Shown here: piece by piece, positions 29,386-38,957 of the stretch
Layout: each line of letters starts with the position of its first letter
Numbering within the stretch: the stretch's first letter is position 1
Assembly (NCBI GenBank): GCA_905236715.1
Contig: CAJOMQ010000001.1
Location: 110,015 to 174,014 of the forward strand
Length of the DNA stretch: 64,000 nt
Reading direction: 5' to 3'
DNA from: an uncultured Bacilli bacterium
GTDB taxonomy: Bacteria > Bacillota_I > Bacilli_A > RFN20 > CAG-826
Notes under the pieces: model-generated
Told to the model about the DNA's origin: nothing
What the model saw: only the letters and a program-made list of their open reading frames with translations
Database searches by the model: none
Made by a program: the position numbers and the translations under genes

Positions 29386-31173
29386 TTATTGAATCTTTTC
29401 AAAATCAGAAGCGCCGTGTTTGCATAAGGGGCAGACATAATCTTCGGGGAGTTCTTCTCCTTCATAGACATATCCGCATACTTTACAAACCCAGCCTTTT
29501 TTCTTTTCTTCCGGTTTTTGTTTGACGTTTTTTTGATAATAGGTATAAGTCATCGTCTCTTTATTAGAAATAACACGTGACTCATTAACGGAACATATAA
29601 ACATTAAATGGGTGCCTAAATCCACCACATCCGTGACATCTAATGACATAAAGGAATTGATATATTGTGGTAAAACCACAAGACCATTATGACTTCTTTG
29701 GATTTCTTGATTAGCGAATTTATCGACATCACGACCAGAGACAAAGCCATATTGTTTAAAAACATCAAAAGGGGCATCCACGCTTAAGACATTCACGTTG
29801 AGTTTCTTAGTGGTCTTAATCGTGCTACAACTATAGTTGGCTTTACTGATATTTACCGCTACTTTTAGTGGATCACTGGTCAATTGGGTGACGGTATTAC
29901 AAATCATGCCGTTATCTTTTTTGCCATCATTACTTGTAATGACATATAAGCCGTAGCCAATATTAAATAAAGCATTTGGTTCAATACGAGCTTCTTGTAA
30001 ATCTTTGCGATTGGCGTATTCTTCACACATCGCTTTCGCTAAGGCATCAATTTGGTTGATATTTTCTTCTGTCATATCCGAGAGGATACGGACGGTAGGC
30101 TCCACGAATGTAATGTTCTTGCTATTAGCGAATTTATCTTTGATAACTTTGGCCGCCATCGGAGCCCATGTACCATTTTCAATGATACCAATGGTACGAT
30201 TTTGATAATTTCTTTCTAATAGATGGTTGATAAATTCATCCATGAAAGGGAAGATACCAGCGTTATATGTGGTTGTGGCTAAGATGATTTTGCCATATTT
30301 GAAAGCGTCTTCGACGCATTCCGCCATATCTTCTCTGGCTAAATCGCAGAAAGCGACTTTCGGGCAATTATTTTCTTTTAATTTTTCCGCGATTAATGAA
30401 GCGGCTTTCTTAGTGTGGCCATAGACAGAAGTATAAAAGATGGCGACACCTTCCACTTCGGGGGTATAGCTAGACCATAAATTATAGAGGTTCAAATAAT
30501 AGCCGAGGTTCTCTTTGAGAACAGGACCATGTAATGGACAAATGGTTTTAATATCTAAAGTCGCCGCTTTCTTTAAAAGAATTTGCACTTGTGGTCCATA
30601 TTTACCGACGATACCAAAGTAATAGCGACGCGCTTCACAAGCCCATTCTTCTTCCACGTCTAAAGCGCCAAATTTGCCAAAGGCATCCGCGCTGAAGAAG
30701 ACTCTATCTAAAGCGTCATAGGTCATCATCACTTCGGGCCAATGCACCATTGGGGCAAAGACAAATTTCAATAAGTGATGACCAAGGTTAATCGTGTCAC
30801 CATCATTAACCACCATTTTTCTTTCTATTTCCCTATGGAAATATTGTTTCATCATTTGGAAAGTTTTGTTATTTCCAATGACGACACAACGGGGATATTT
30901 TTCTAAAAAATTGATGATATTCGCGGAATGGTCTGGTTCCATGTGTTGCACGATGAGGAAATTAGGTGACTTATCACCGAGTACTTCACTAATGTTATTA
31001 AGCCATTCTTTGGTGAAATGTTGATCCACGGTATCCATGACCGCGATTAAATCATCTTTGATGATATAGGAATTATAGGCCATGCCATTAGGGACAATAT
31101 ATTGCCCTTCGAATAAATCGATATCATGGTCATTGACACCGACATAATAAATATCTTTTGTGATTTGTTTCAT
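29386..31173 (-). CDS. fprA: Flavodiiron protein fused to flavin-reductase and rubredoxin domains
   Basis: HMEPDH, HWPE, SADAFG, PLHG di-iron ligands; flavodoxin SVYGHT; YGLYVIT..SGRDVDKF flavin reductase; CKVCGY..CPLC rubredoxin. Confidence 0.92.
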   Translation of the reverse strand: MKQITKDIYYVGVNDHDIDLFEGQYIVPNGMAYNSYIIKDDLIAVMDTVDQHFTKEWLNNISEVLGDKSPNFLIVQHMEPDHSANIINFLEKYPRCVVIGNNKTFQMMKQYFHREIERKMVVNDGDTINLGHHLLKFVFAPMVHWPEVMMTYDALDRVFFSADAFGKFGALDVEEEWACEARRYYFGIVGKYGPQVQILLKKAATLDIKTICPLHGPVLKENLGYYLNLYNLWSSYTPEVEGVAIFYTSVYGHTKKAASLIAEKLKENNCPKVAFCDLAREDMAECVEDAFKYGKIILATTTYNAGIFPFMDEFINHLLERNYQNRTIGIIENGTWAPMAAKVIKDKFANSKNITFVEPTVRILSDMTEENINQIDALAKAMCEEYANRKDLQEARIEPNALFNIGYGLYVITSNDGKKDNGMICNTVTQLTSDPLKVAVNISKANYSCSTIKTTKKLNVNVLSVDAPFDVFKQYGFVSGRDVDKFANQEIQRSHNGLVVLPQYINSFMSLDVTDVVDLGTHLMFICSVNESRVISNKETMTYTYYQKNVKQKPEEKKKGWVCKVCGYVYEGEELPEDYVCPLCKHGASDFEKIQ

Positions 31174-31176
31174 CTT

Positions 31177-31683
31177 TTATAAACCAAGCCATTTCTTTAA
31201 AGAATCATCGCAATGTTCGGCATCATGTCCACGACAAGCATAACCCGATTTCACGATGGCCCCTTTCACTTGGGCTCTTAATTCTAATTCACCGATACCA
31301 AAGGCACCTTCTTCATTTGTGCAGAATGGAATAACGGTTTTACCCACAAAGTCATACTTTCTTAAGAAAGTAGCGACAATTCTGGGATAACTTCTATACC
31401 AATTGGGGAAACCAACATAGATGACATCATAGTCATCTAAATTGTCTTTGGGATTTAAGAATTTGATTTCCGCATTGGCCATGTCTTCGTTTCTGGCGCG
31501 ACGGACACATTCTTCATAATTCGTCGGATAGGGATCTTCGGGAATTAAAGGATAAAGTTCACCACCGGTATATTGGGCAATCTTTTCGGCAACAATTTCC
31601 GTAAAACCTTTTTGAATAATTTCGATTTCACCTTGCACCATGTTTTCTCCAACACGGGAGAAATATGCGACTAAAGTTTTCAT
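31177..31683 (-). CDS. Flavodoxin (Flavodoxin_4-like)
   Basis: LVAYFSR.GEN, YDVIYVGFPNW, GKTVIPFCT. Confidence 0.88.
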   Translation of the reverse strand: MKTLVAYFSRVGENMVQGEIEIIQKGFTEIVAEKIAQYTGGELYPLIPEDPYPTNYEECVRRARNEDMANAEIKFLNPKDNLDDYDVIYVGFPNWYRSYPRIVATFLRKYDFVGKTVIPFCTNEEGAFGIGELELRAQVKGAIVKSGYACRGHDAEHCDDSLKKWLGL

Positions 31684-31769
31684 ATTTTTTCTACCTCTCG
31701 TAGTAATTGTAAATTATGTCTTGGATATTTGCTATTTAAAAAAGGAAAAAATCCTTTTAAGCATATTTC

Positions 31770-31798
31770 TTGCAGTTAGACATGTCTAACTATATAAT
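31770..31798 (+). promoter_or_regulatory. pepC promoter with an 18-bp perfect palindromic operator
   Basis: TTGCAG-17-TATAAT with AGTTAGACATGTCTAACT (31774-31791) in the spacer. Confidence 0.75.
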
Positions 31799-31832
31799 TT
31801 CTCTTGATAAATAACGAAAGGAAAATGTATCT

Positions 31833-33161
31833 ATGAAAAGTATCGAATTAAAAGAATTAGAAAAAAATCTCGCGGAATATCATAAAGATGATAAACACAA
31901 AGTGTTAAGACACGCTTTAGTGAAAAATTCCCTTTTTGATGTAGTCACTAATCAAGATGAAATCAAAGATTATGATTTTAATTTCTCCATTAATATCAAA
32001 ACTTTACTAGTCACCAATCAAAAGCAATCGGGTCGTTGTTGGATTTTTGCCGCGACCAATTTCTTAAGAGAAATCATCGCCAAAAATTGTGAAATGAGCA
32101 ATTTTGAATTATCACAAAGTTATATTGCTTTTTATGACCGTTTAGAAAAGGTGAATTACACCTTAGAAGCGATTATTGAATTATTGGATAAAGATTATGA
32201 TGATCGTACCTTATCATTTATTGTCTCTAATGGCATCGGTGATGGCGGACAATGGGATATGTTTGTGGCCGTCGTCAATAAATATGGCCTCTGCCCCAAA
32301 AATGCTTTCCCGGAAACCGCGACTTCTAGTGGCACTAGAGACACTAATTCATTAATTAATTTCAATATCCGCAAATTTGCCGCGGAAGCGAAATCATTAT
32401 ATGAAAAAGAAGGTATTAAAGCGGTAAGAGAAGCCAAAGAAGCTCTCTTAAAGAAAGTCTATTTCCTCTTAGTGGATGCTTATGGTGTGCCACCAGAACA
32501 ATTCGCGTTTGAATACACGGATAAAGATGATAAATATCATCGTGAAGAAGGTTTCACACCACTTTCATTTAAAGAAAAATATATCGGTGATACCTTAAAC
32601 GAATATGTTTCTATCATCAACGCACCCACTAAAGATAAACCATTTAATAAAACTTATACCGTGCAATATTTAGGTAATGTTGTGGGAGCCAAAGAAGTCA
32701 CCCACCTCAACGTGGAAATGGATAGATTAAAAGAACTTGTTCTTTCCCAACTCAAAGATAACACGATTGTCTGGTTTGGTAGCGATGTCTCCTTCTTAGG
32801 TGACCGCGCCCTTGGCATCTGGGATGATCATCGTTTTGACCCCTACACTCCATTTGGTTTAGATTACAAGATGGATAAAGGTGATTCTTTAGATTATCGC
32901 GCCAGCCAAATGAACCACGCGATGTGCATTACTGGTGTCAATCTCGTTAACGAGAAACCCACGAAATGGAAAATTGAAAATTCCTGGGGCAGCGATGTCG
33001 CGAAAAACGGCTATTACATCATGTCTGATTCTTGGTTTGACCAATTCGTCTATCAAGCCGTAGTTAATGTCAAATATTTAAATGAAAAGGAAAAAGCCGC
33101 GTTAAAGGAAAAACCAACTATTTTAAAACCTTGGGATCCGATGGGTTCTTTAGCGGATTAA
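31833..33161 (+). CDS. pepC: Aminopeptidase C (bleomycin hydrolase, C1B)
   Basis: NQKQSGRCWIFA, MNHAM, KIENSWG, PWDPMGSLA. Confidence 0.96.
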   Translation: MKSIELKELEKNLAEYHKDDKHKVLRHALVKNSLFDVVTNQDEIKDYDFNFSINIKTLLVTNQKQSGRCWIFAATNFLREIIAKNCEMSNFELSQSYIAFYDRLEKVNYTLEAIIELLDKDYDDRTLSFIVSNGIGDGGQWDMFVAVVNKYGLCPKNAFPETATSSGTRDTNSLINFNIRKFAAEAKSLYEKEGIKAVREAKEALLKKVYFLLVDAYGVPPEQFAFEYTDKDDKYHREEGFTPLSFKEKYIGDTLNEYVSIINAPTKDKPFNKTYTVQYLGNVVGAKEVTHLNVEMDRLKELVLSQLKDNTIVWFGSDVSFLGDRALGIWDDHRFDPYTPFGLDYKMDKGDSLDYRASQMNHAMCITGVNLVNEKPTKWKIENSWGSDVAKNGYYIMSDSWFDQFVYQAVVNVKYLNEKEKAALKEKPTILKPWDPMGSLAD

Positions 33162-33169
33162 GGCATAAT

Positions 33170-33195
33170 AAAAGCGCTCCACCGAGCGCTTTTTT
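33170..33195. terminator. Bidirectional intrinsic terminator
   Basis: AAAAGCGCTC-cacc-GAGCGCTTTTTT between convergent genes. Confidence 0.85.
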
Positions 33196-33209
33196 AATGA
33201 ATTAAAAAA

Positions 33210-33629
33210 TTAATAATGGAACGCCGCTAATAAGACGATACGCCCAATGGCCACCAAGAAGATAATAATAGACAAGATAAGGAAGATAATGGCTAACACT
33301 TTAATCGGCTTAATTTCTGATTTGCTGTTTTTTATAGAAAGAATAAATACAGGGATACTAAATCCTAATGGCACGGCAATTAATAAGATGATCGTCAAGC
33401 TAACAAACAACACCACAAAGATAGAGACAAAAATAGCACCAATAGCGCTACCAACACTATCGACTTGGGCAAATAATTCATTAATGGCATCAGTTAAATT
33501 GATTAAATAACCAATGATTAAACAAATAATGCTAACTAATAAAAAGACACCTGAGACAATTGTGCTTGGCAAACCTTTAATTTTCTTTTTCTCGGGTTCT
33601 TGTTCTTCAAATTGTAATTCTTCTTCCAT
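33210..33629 (-). CDS. Hypothetical membrane protein
   Basis: 3-4 TM segments; GGAGGGG before ATG 33629. Confidence 0.75.
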   Translation of the reverse strand: MEEELQFEEQEPEKKKIKGLPSTIVSGVFLLVSIICLIIGYLINLTDAINELFAQVDSVGSAIGAIFVSIFVVLFVSLTIILLIAVPLGFSIPVFILSIKNSKSEIKPIKVLAIIFLILSIIIFLVAIGRIVLLAAFHY

Positions 33630-33737
33630 GAGTATTCCCCTCCAGTGTATTAAAAATACCATAAAAATTTTTGGTTGTTAACATATAAGCAAGAAAAAGA
33701 CTTGTAACATTTTGTAACATTGATTATATTGTTGCTC

Positions 33738-34244
33738 ATGAGAGAAACTGTTAAACACAAAATTGTTATTGCCTATATAGATATATTGCAACACAAATCA
33801 TATCTTGATGTTTCCGTCAGTGAATTATGCCAAAAAGCGGATGTTTCACGCGTTTCTTTTTATCGTAATTTCGCGCATTTTGACGAATTATTAAATCAAA
33901 CCGTGGAATTTGTCTTAGAAGAATTATTAAAAAATAATTTGGAAGGTTTTATTAAAGGCGATAAACAAGGACAAAAGGAATTTGTTTATTCTTTATTAGA
34001 ATCAATTAAAAATTACCGCACTTCTATCCGTTATCTTTTACCAGAAAATTCGGTATTATTAACGGACCGTTTGGCCAAAAAAGTCATCTCTTATTTCCAT
34101 GGGGAAAATGTCGCTCCGGAAACCATTTATCGTATTACTTCGGATTTAGGCATTGTTTTTAGCATCATCAGTGTCTGGAGCAAAAGAGATTACGCGGAAG
34201 ATATCGCTGTGGTACAAAATTATATTTTGGAAAGACTTAGTTAA
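33738..34244 (+). CDS. TetR/AcrR family transcriptional regulator
   Basis: VSVSELCQKADVSRVSFYRNF HTH; TTGTAA-17-TATATT promoter ending 7 nt before ATG 33738. Confidence 0.88.
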   Translation: MRETVKHKIVIAYIDILQHKSYLDVSVSELCQKADVSRVSFYRNFAHFDELLNQTVEFVLEELLKNNLEGFIKGDKQGQKEFVYSLLESIKNYRTSIRYLLPENSVLLTDRLAKKVISYFHGENVAPETIYRITSDLGIVFSIISVWSKRDYAEDIAVVQNYILERLS

Positions 34245-34690
34245 AATAAATCCACTAAAAGGTGGGCAATATTTTCTAACAAAATAGCGTCACTTTTATT
34301 AAATCTATTATAAATAGGTGCATCAATATCAATCAGGGCCACGACCTGATTGTTTTTGATGATGGGTGTGACAATTTCACTTTTGGAAATAGATGAACAA
34401 GCGATGTGATCTTTTTCTAATAAGACATTATCAATGATAATCGTTTTCTTTTCACGATAACTACGGCCGCATATACCTTTATCAAAAGGGATAAAAGAAC
34501 AGGCGACTTCACCTTGGAAGGGTCCTAAATATAAGCCATCTTCACTAGAAAGATAAAAACCACACCAATTGATGTTTTCTAATTGGTTTAAAACCGCACT
34601 GACATTACTGAGGTTAGTAATAAGGGGATATTTAGGATTGATAATGGCTTTAATTTGTTCTTCTAACATAATTTCTTCCTCTTTATTCAA
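34241..34690 (-). CDS. msrC: GAF-domain free methionine-R-sulfoxide reductase
   Basis: NWCGFYL, LGPFQGEVAC, GICG, HIACS..SKSEIV, DIDAP. Confidence 0.88.
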   Translation of the reverse strand: MNKEEEIMLEEQIKAIINPKYPLITNLSNVSAVLNQLENINWCGFYLSSEDGLYLGPFQGEVACSFIPFDKGICGRSYREKKTIIIDNVLLEKDHIACSSISKSEIVTPIIKNNQVVALIDIDAPIYNRFNKSDAILLENIAHLLVDLF

Positions 34691-35581
34691 TCTTGGTTAT
34701 ATCTTCTTCTTCATCTATAGATGGGATGTCTTTCTTCCTTCTTAAAATAAGCTGCAAACAAAAGACGCCCGCAAAGCCGATAAAGAAAGCAAAAACAAAG
34801 CCAGAAAGAATAACTTCTTTTGGATAATCACTAACAAAAGCGTTGAGAATTTCAATTTCTAAAATAAACATGGAGAAAATAGCGAAAGTTAATGAAATTA
34901 AAGAATAAGATAAGGTGAGATATTTTTTTCTATTTTTCGCCCGAAAGAAATCAAAGATGGCCGCGCCTAATTTGATAAAGGTATAAATAGCGATGAAAAA
35001 GATCAAAAAGATATTTTTGGTAAAGGTCGCGTTACCAAAATAGATATAAAAAGTAATTCCTAACGCGGCGAAAGAAATTAAAATAGCGAAGACCGAAGAA
35101 AATAATAAAGCATTACCCGCTTGTTTTTCATCAGCGTCAATACCATATGAGAAGAGGCGTAGCCTCGCGGAAAAGCCAAATAAATAAATGATACTTAATA
35201 TCGCATAAAAATATTTGGCTTCATATAAAGCCACACCGACATAAAAAGCCCCCATCAAGAAGTTAATTGAGGAAGAAAAGCTCGCGGTAATGATACGACG
35301 GATGATTTTTCGGTTTTTCCAAAAAAGTTTTAAATTGCTCCACTTCCCCGAGAGATTATCGCCATTAATTTGCTGCACTTTTCTTTGAATAAAATTCACC
35401 AAGCAAAAGATGATATATCCTAAATATGAAAATGCTAAAAGTAAAAATAGCACTAAAAAGATAGGGAAAAGGGTTTGATTATCACGAACGGCGATGCAAA
35501 GCACCGTTGATAAAAAGACAAAAAAGACAAAAATAAGCAGATGGAGGGAAAATATTCTAGGTGGATAAATTTGTCTTTCAT
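34683..35581 (-). pseudogene. Multi-TM membrane protein with a 1-bp frameshift near the N-terminus
   Basis: TGcTATAAT-7nt-ATG at 35581 reads MKDKFIHLEYFPSICLFLSFLSF; adding one base in the A5 tract 35512-35516 joins it to the long ORF (299 aa). Confidence 0.6.
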
Positions 35582-35647
35582 AAAATGAATTATAGCAACA
35601 AAAAATAATGAGTTGCACAAAAAAGGCACCTCCCATAGAATAAAGCC

Positions 35648-36247
35648 ATGGATGATAATGATAAAACATTACCTCAAGAGGTCCAGGTAAAACCTTTATC
35701 GCGCAAAGAATTAAAGAAGCAGAAAAAATTAGCGAAAAAACAAAAACGGCAAGAAGAAAAACGGTGGGAAAAAGCCGCAGGTAGGAAACCCACGAAAATT
35801 CTTGCGCTTATCTTTTCCATAATTGGTTTTATCAGTGGATTAATCCCCATCATATTAATTGTGGGGGCTTTAATTGTGGCTTTATTATGCTATATGGCCA
35901 CGATCTTTCTATTCATTTTCTATATTTTTGGTATTGTTTGTTTTGGTATTGGCTTTTTCATTTATGCTTCTGGCAAAGAAGGGGCCACGATTAACCAATA
36001 TCTCGCCCAAGCCACGGTACCCGCAAATTTTGGTACTGACCTTGTAAACTCCACTTTGAATATCTCTGGTTTATTGACCACTATTTTTGCCGGTGTTGGT
36101 TTAGCGTTACAAATCACCGCCTTAATTTGTTTATTCGCGTCTTACAAAGCTTTAATTAAAAGACATAAAGTTAGTTACACTATTTGGATGTTTATTGGCA
36201 TCATCATAACCACTGCTATTCTTGTTTGGGGAATCCTGAATATATAA
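35648..36247 (+). CDS. Hypothetical membrane protein with Lys-rich N-terminus
   Basis: TTGCAC-17-TAGAAT ending 6 nt before ATG; 4 TM segments. Confidence 0.75.
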   Translation: MDDNDKTLPQEVQVKPLSRKELKKQKKLAKKQKRQEEKRWEKAAGRKPTKILALIFSIIGFISGLIPIILIVGALIVALLCYMATIFLFIFYIFGIVCFGIGFFIYASGKEGATINQYLAQATVPANFGTDLVNSTLNISGLLTTIFAGVGLALQITALICLFASYKALIKRHKVSYTIWMFIGIIITTAILVWGILNI

Positions 36248-36291
36248 AAAATCTTTTATTTATATATTTATTTCCAGTATGATTTTTTTGT

Positions 36292-37362
36292 ATGGGAAAA
36301 ATAACAGTCTCCGGAATTATTCGTCCATCTAATGAAACAATCACTAAATATGGCCATATGCGTCTATTTGCGGATTCTTCTTATATGCACGAATTTTTTG
36401 CCCCTGGCGATATTATTACCGTGGAGATGTTAGGACAAGCTTTTGATGTTCCCTATGTGTTAACTTTTATCGATGTTGATTGTTATCAACCAGCGATTTT
36501 AGATATTGGTCATATCGGTACTTATTTAGTGATGAATTATGGTGATATGGTTTCGTTAAGTAAAGTGGCTCATAAAAAGACCCACAAAGACCATTCCTAT
36601 ACATGGATTTCACCATATGAAGAAATTCCTTTCACCTTAACTTTGAAAGAAAAAGGTGGCTATAAACAAGAGATGATGGACCGCACTGTGGGAGTATATT
36701 CCACCAAAAGAGAAGATTATCCCCATCTCAGCGATGAAGAATTCGCTAATTTCCGCGCGATTGAAAAAGGTAAGATGGCGAAAGGTCGTTTATATCGTAT
36801 CGCTTCCCCGATTGATAATTTCTTTGGTAGAGCCAAAACTGCGGATAAAGTGATGAGAAAATACGGTATTACGCATGTGATAAATCTCTCTGATTCCATA
36901 AGTCATGTGAAAAATCACCCCGATTATAAAGGTTCCTATTATAGTGAAATTGATGCGATTGAATTATGTATGGGTATTGATTTCCACATGCAGGAATTCA
37001 AAGATAAAATCCGTTATTCTTTAGAATATATCGCGAATAATCCAAATGCGAAATTTGCGATTAATTGCATCGAAGGAAAAGATCGCACCGGCATCTTAGC
37101 GGCGTTTTTAGAATGTTTGATGGGTTATACATTAGAAGAAATTGAAGATGATTATATGCTTTCATACACCAATTATTACGGGGTGAAAAAAGGCGACAAA
37201 CGATACGAGAAAATCAAAAACAACATCATCATTCAATTAAAATATGCTTTCTTAACTGATAAATTAGACAATTTAAATCAATTAGTAACCCGTTATTTTT
37301 TAGAAACCATCAAAGTGGAACCCGCTATTTTAGAGAAAGTCATCGATAATTTGAGTCGCTAA
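36292..37362 (+). CDS. Protein-tyrosine phosphatase-like enzyme (Y_phosphatase3 type) with an extra N-terminal domain
   Basis: NFRAI...GRLYR.ASP, NCIEGKDRTG (CX5R), DDYMLSY. Confidence 0.85.
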   Translation: MGKITVSGIIRPSNETITKYGHMRLFADSSYMHEFFAPGDIITVEMLGQAFDVPYVLTFIDVDCYQPAILDIGHIGTYLVMNYGDMVSLSKVAHKKTHKDHSYTWISPYEEIPFTLTLKEKGGYKQEMMDRTVGVYSTKREDYPHLSDEEFANFRAIEKGKMAKGRLYRIASPIDNFFGRAKTADKVMRKYGITHVINLSDSISHVKNHPDYKGSYYSEIDAIELCMGIDFHMQEFKDKIRYSLEYIANNPNAKFAINCIEGKDRTGILAAFLECLMGYTLEEIEDDYMLSYTNYYGVKKGDKRYEKIKNNIIIQLKYAFLTDKLDNLNQLVTRYFLETIKVEPAILEKVIDNLSR

Positions 37363-37460
37363 AAAGTTTGATGACCACAAAAAATATAAATAAATATTTA
37401 TTATTAGAATAATAGAAATATAAAATATTAGAGTGTCTTTGAAAAAGGAGAACATCCCTT

Positions 37461-38876
37461 ATGAAATATGATGTCATCATCGTCGGAGCGGGACCATGTG
37501 GTTATTTCTCTGCTTACGAATTAATCAAAAAGAACAAGAATTTGAAAATTCTTCTTATTGATAAAGGTTTAGACATCACGAAAAGAAGATGTCCTGTTTT
37601 AGAACATAAAATTAGTAAATGCCCCGTTAATCCAAAAGGATATAATGGCTGCTATCCAGCATGCAGTATCACCAATGGCTTTGGTGGCGCTGGTGCCTAT
37701 TCTGATGGCAAATTCAATATCACCACCGAATTTGGTGGCTGGTTAACTGATTATATGAGCGATGAAGAATTATTAGATCTCATCCACTACGTCGATGAAA
37801 TCAATCTTTCTTATGGAGCGACAAAAACAATCACTTGCCCATCCACCGAAGAAGTTAATCGCATCGAAAGAAAAGCGATGTCCGTCGGTTTGAAATTATT
37901 AAAAAGCCAAGTCAGACACTTAGGTACAGAAGAAAATTTAAAAATATTAACCAAAATATATAATGATTTAAAAGATGTCATCGATATGCGATTCGCCACA
38001 CCTGTTAAAGATATTATTGTCAAAGACAATAAAATCAATGGTGTTGTCTTAGAAAACGGGGAACAAATCGAAGGTGATTATGTCTTATTATCCGTCGGTA
38101 GAGAAGGCAGTAATTGGCTCAATAATCTCTTTGAAAAATATCATATTGAAATGACGCAAAACCAAGTCGATATCGGTGTGCGTGTCGAATGCCCAAATAT
38201 CGTCATGGATGAAATAAATAAGAATCTATATGAGGGTAAATTTATCTATAAGACTTCTACTGGCAGCACCGTAAGAACATTTTGTTCTAATCCCGGTGGC
38301 CATGTCGTTATGGAAAATTATGAAGGTGTGGTTAATGTCAACGGACATAGTTACGCCGATCCCAAATTATATAGCGAGAACACTAATTTTGCTTTATTAG
38401 TCACTCACCACTTCGAAGAACCATTTAAAAAACCCAATGAATACGCTTTAAAAGTTTCTTCTTTGGCTAATCAATTAGCGTGTGGCTCGGTCATCGTACA
38501 AAGATTTGGTGATATTTTAAAAGGTAGAAGAAGCACGGTTAAACGTATTAACGAAGGATTCGTTAAACCAACATTAAAAGAAGCGGTACCTGGTGATTTA
38601 GCTTTGTGCTTACCACAAAAAACGATGCAATCAATTATTGAAATGATTCATGCTTTAGACACGATTACTCCTGGTATCGCTACTGAACACACTCTTTTAT
38701 ATGGTGTAGAAGCCAAATATTATAGCGCGCACCCCGATATCGATAACAAATTAGAAGTACAAGGTATCCAAAATCTCTATGTGGGTGGGGATGGCGCCGG
38801 TCTCACCCGTGGATTAGCGCAAGCGGGTGCTTGTGGCGTTTATATCGCGAGAAATATCTTAGACAAAATAGGTTAA
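37461..38876 (+). CDS. Uncharacterised FAD-dependent oxidoreductase (COG2509-like)
   Basis: IIVGAGPCG, GFGGAGAYSDGK, VRTFCSNPGG, GDGAG.TRGL. Confidence 0.88.
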   Translation: MKYDVIIVGAGPCGYFSAYELIKKNKNLKILLIDKGLDITKRRCPVLEHKISKCPVNPKGYNGCYPACSITNGFGGAGAYSDGKFNITTEFGGWLTDYMSDEELLDLIHYVDEINLSYGATKTITCPSTEEVNRIERKAMSVGLKLLKSQVRHLGTEENLKILTKIYNDLKDVIDMRFATPVKDIIVKDNKINGVVLENGEQIEGDYVLLSVGREGSNWLNNLFEKYHIEMTQNQVDIGVRVECPNIVMDEINKNLYEGKFIYKTSTGSTVRTFCSNPGGHVVMENYEGVVNVNGHSYADPKLYSENTNFALLVTHHFEEPFKKPNEYALKVSSLANQLACGSVIVQRFGDILKGRRSTVKRINEGFVKPTLKEAVPGDLALCLPQKTMQSIIEMIHALDTITPGIATEHTLLYGVEAKYYSAHPDIDNKLEVQGIQNLYVGGDGAGLTRGLAQAGACGVYIARNILDKIG

Positions 38877-38901
38877 TTAAAAAAGTTTTCTTAAATAACA
38901 T

Positions 38902-38941
38902 AAAAAGGATTAGATTTTCGCATTTCATCTAATCCTTTTTT
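38902..38941. terminator. Bidirectional terminator
   Basis: AAAAAGGATTAGAT...ATCTAATCCTTTTTT between convergent genes. Confidence 0.8.
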
Positions 38942-38957
38942 AAAACTTCTTTTCTGA

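Noticed and set aside
26..32437. Numerous 60-160 aa ORFs antisense to or nested in housekeeping genes (e.g. 944-1414, 26293-26775)
   Set aside because: Shadow frames of confidently identified genes, with no motifs or ribosome-binding sites
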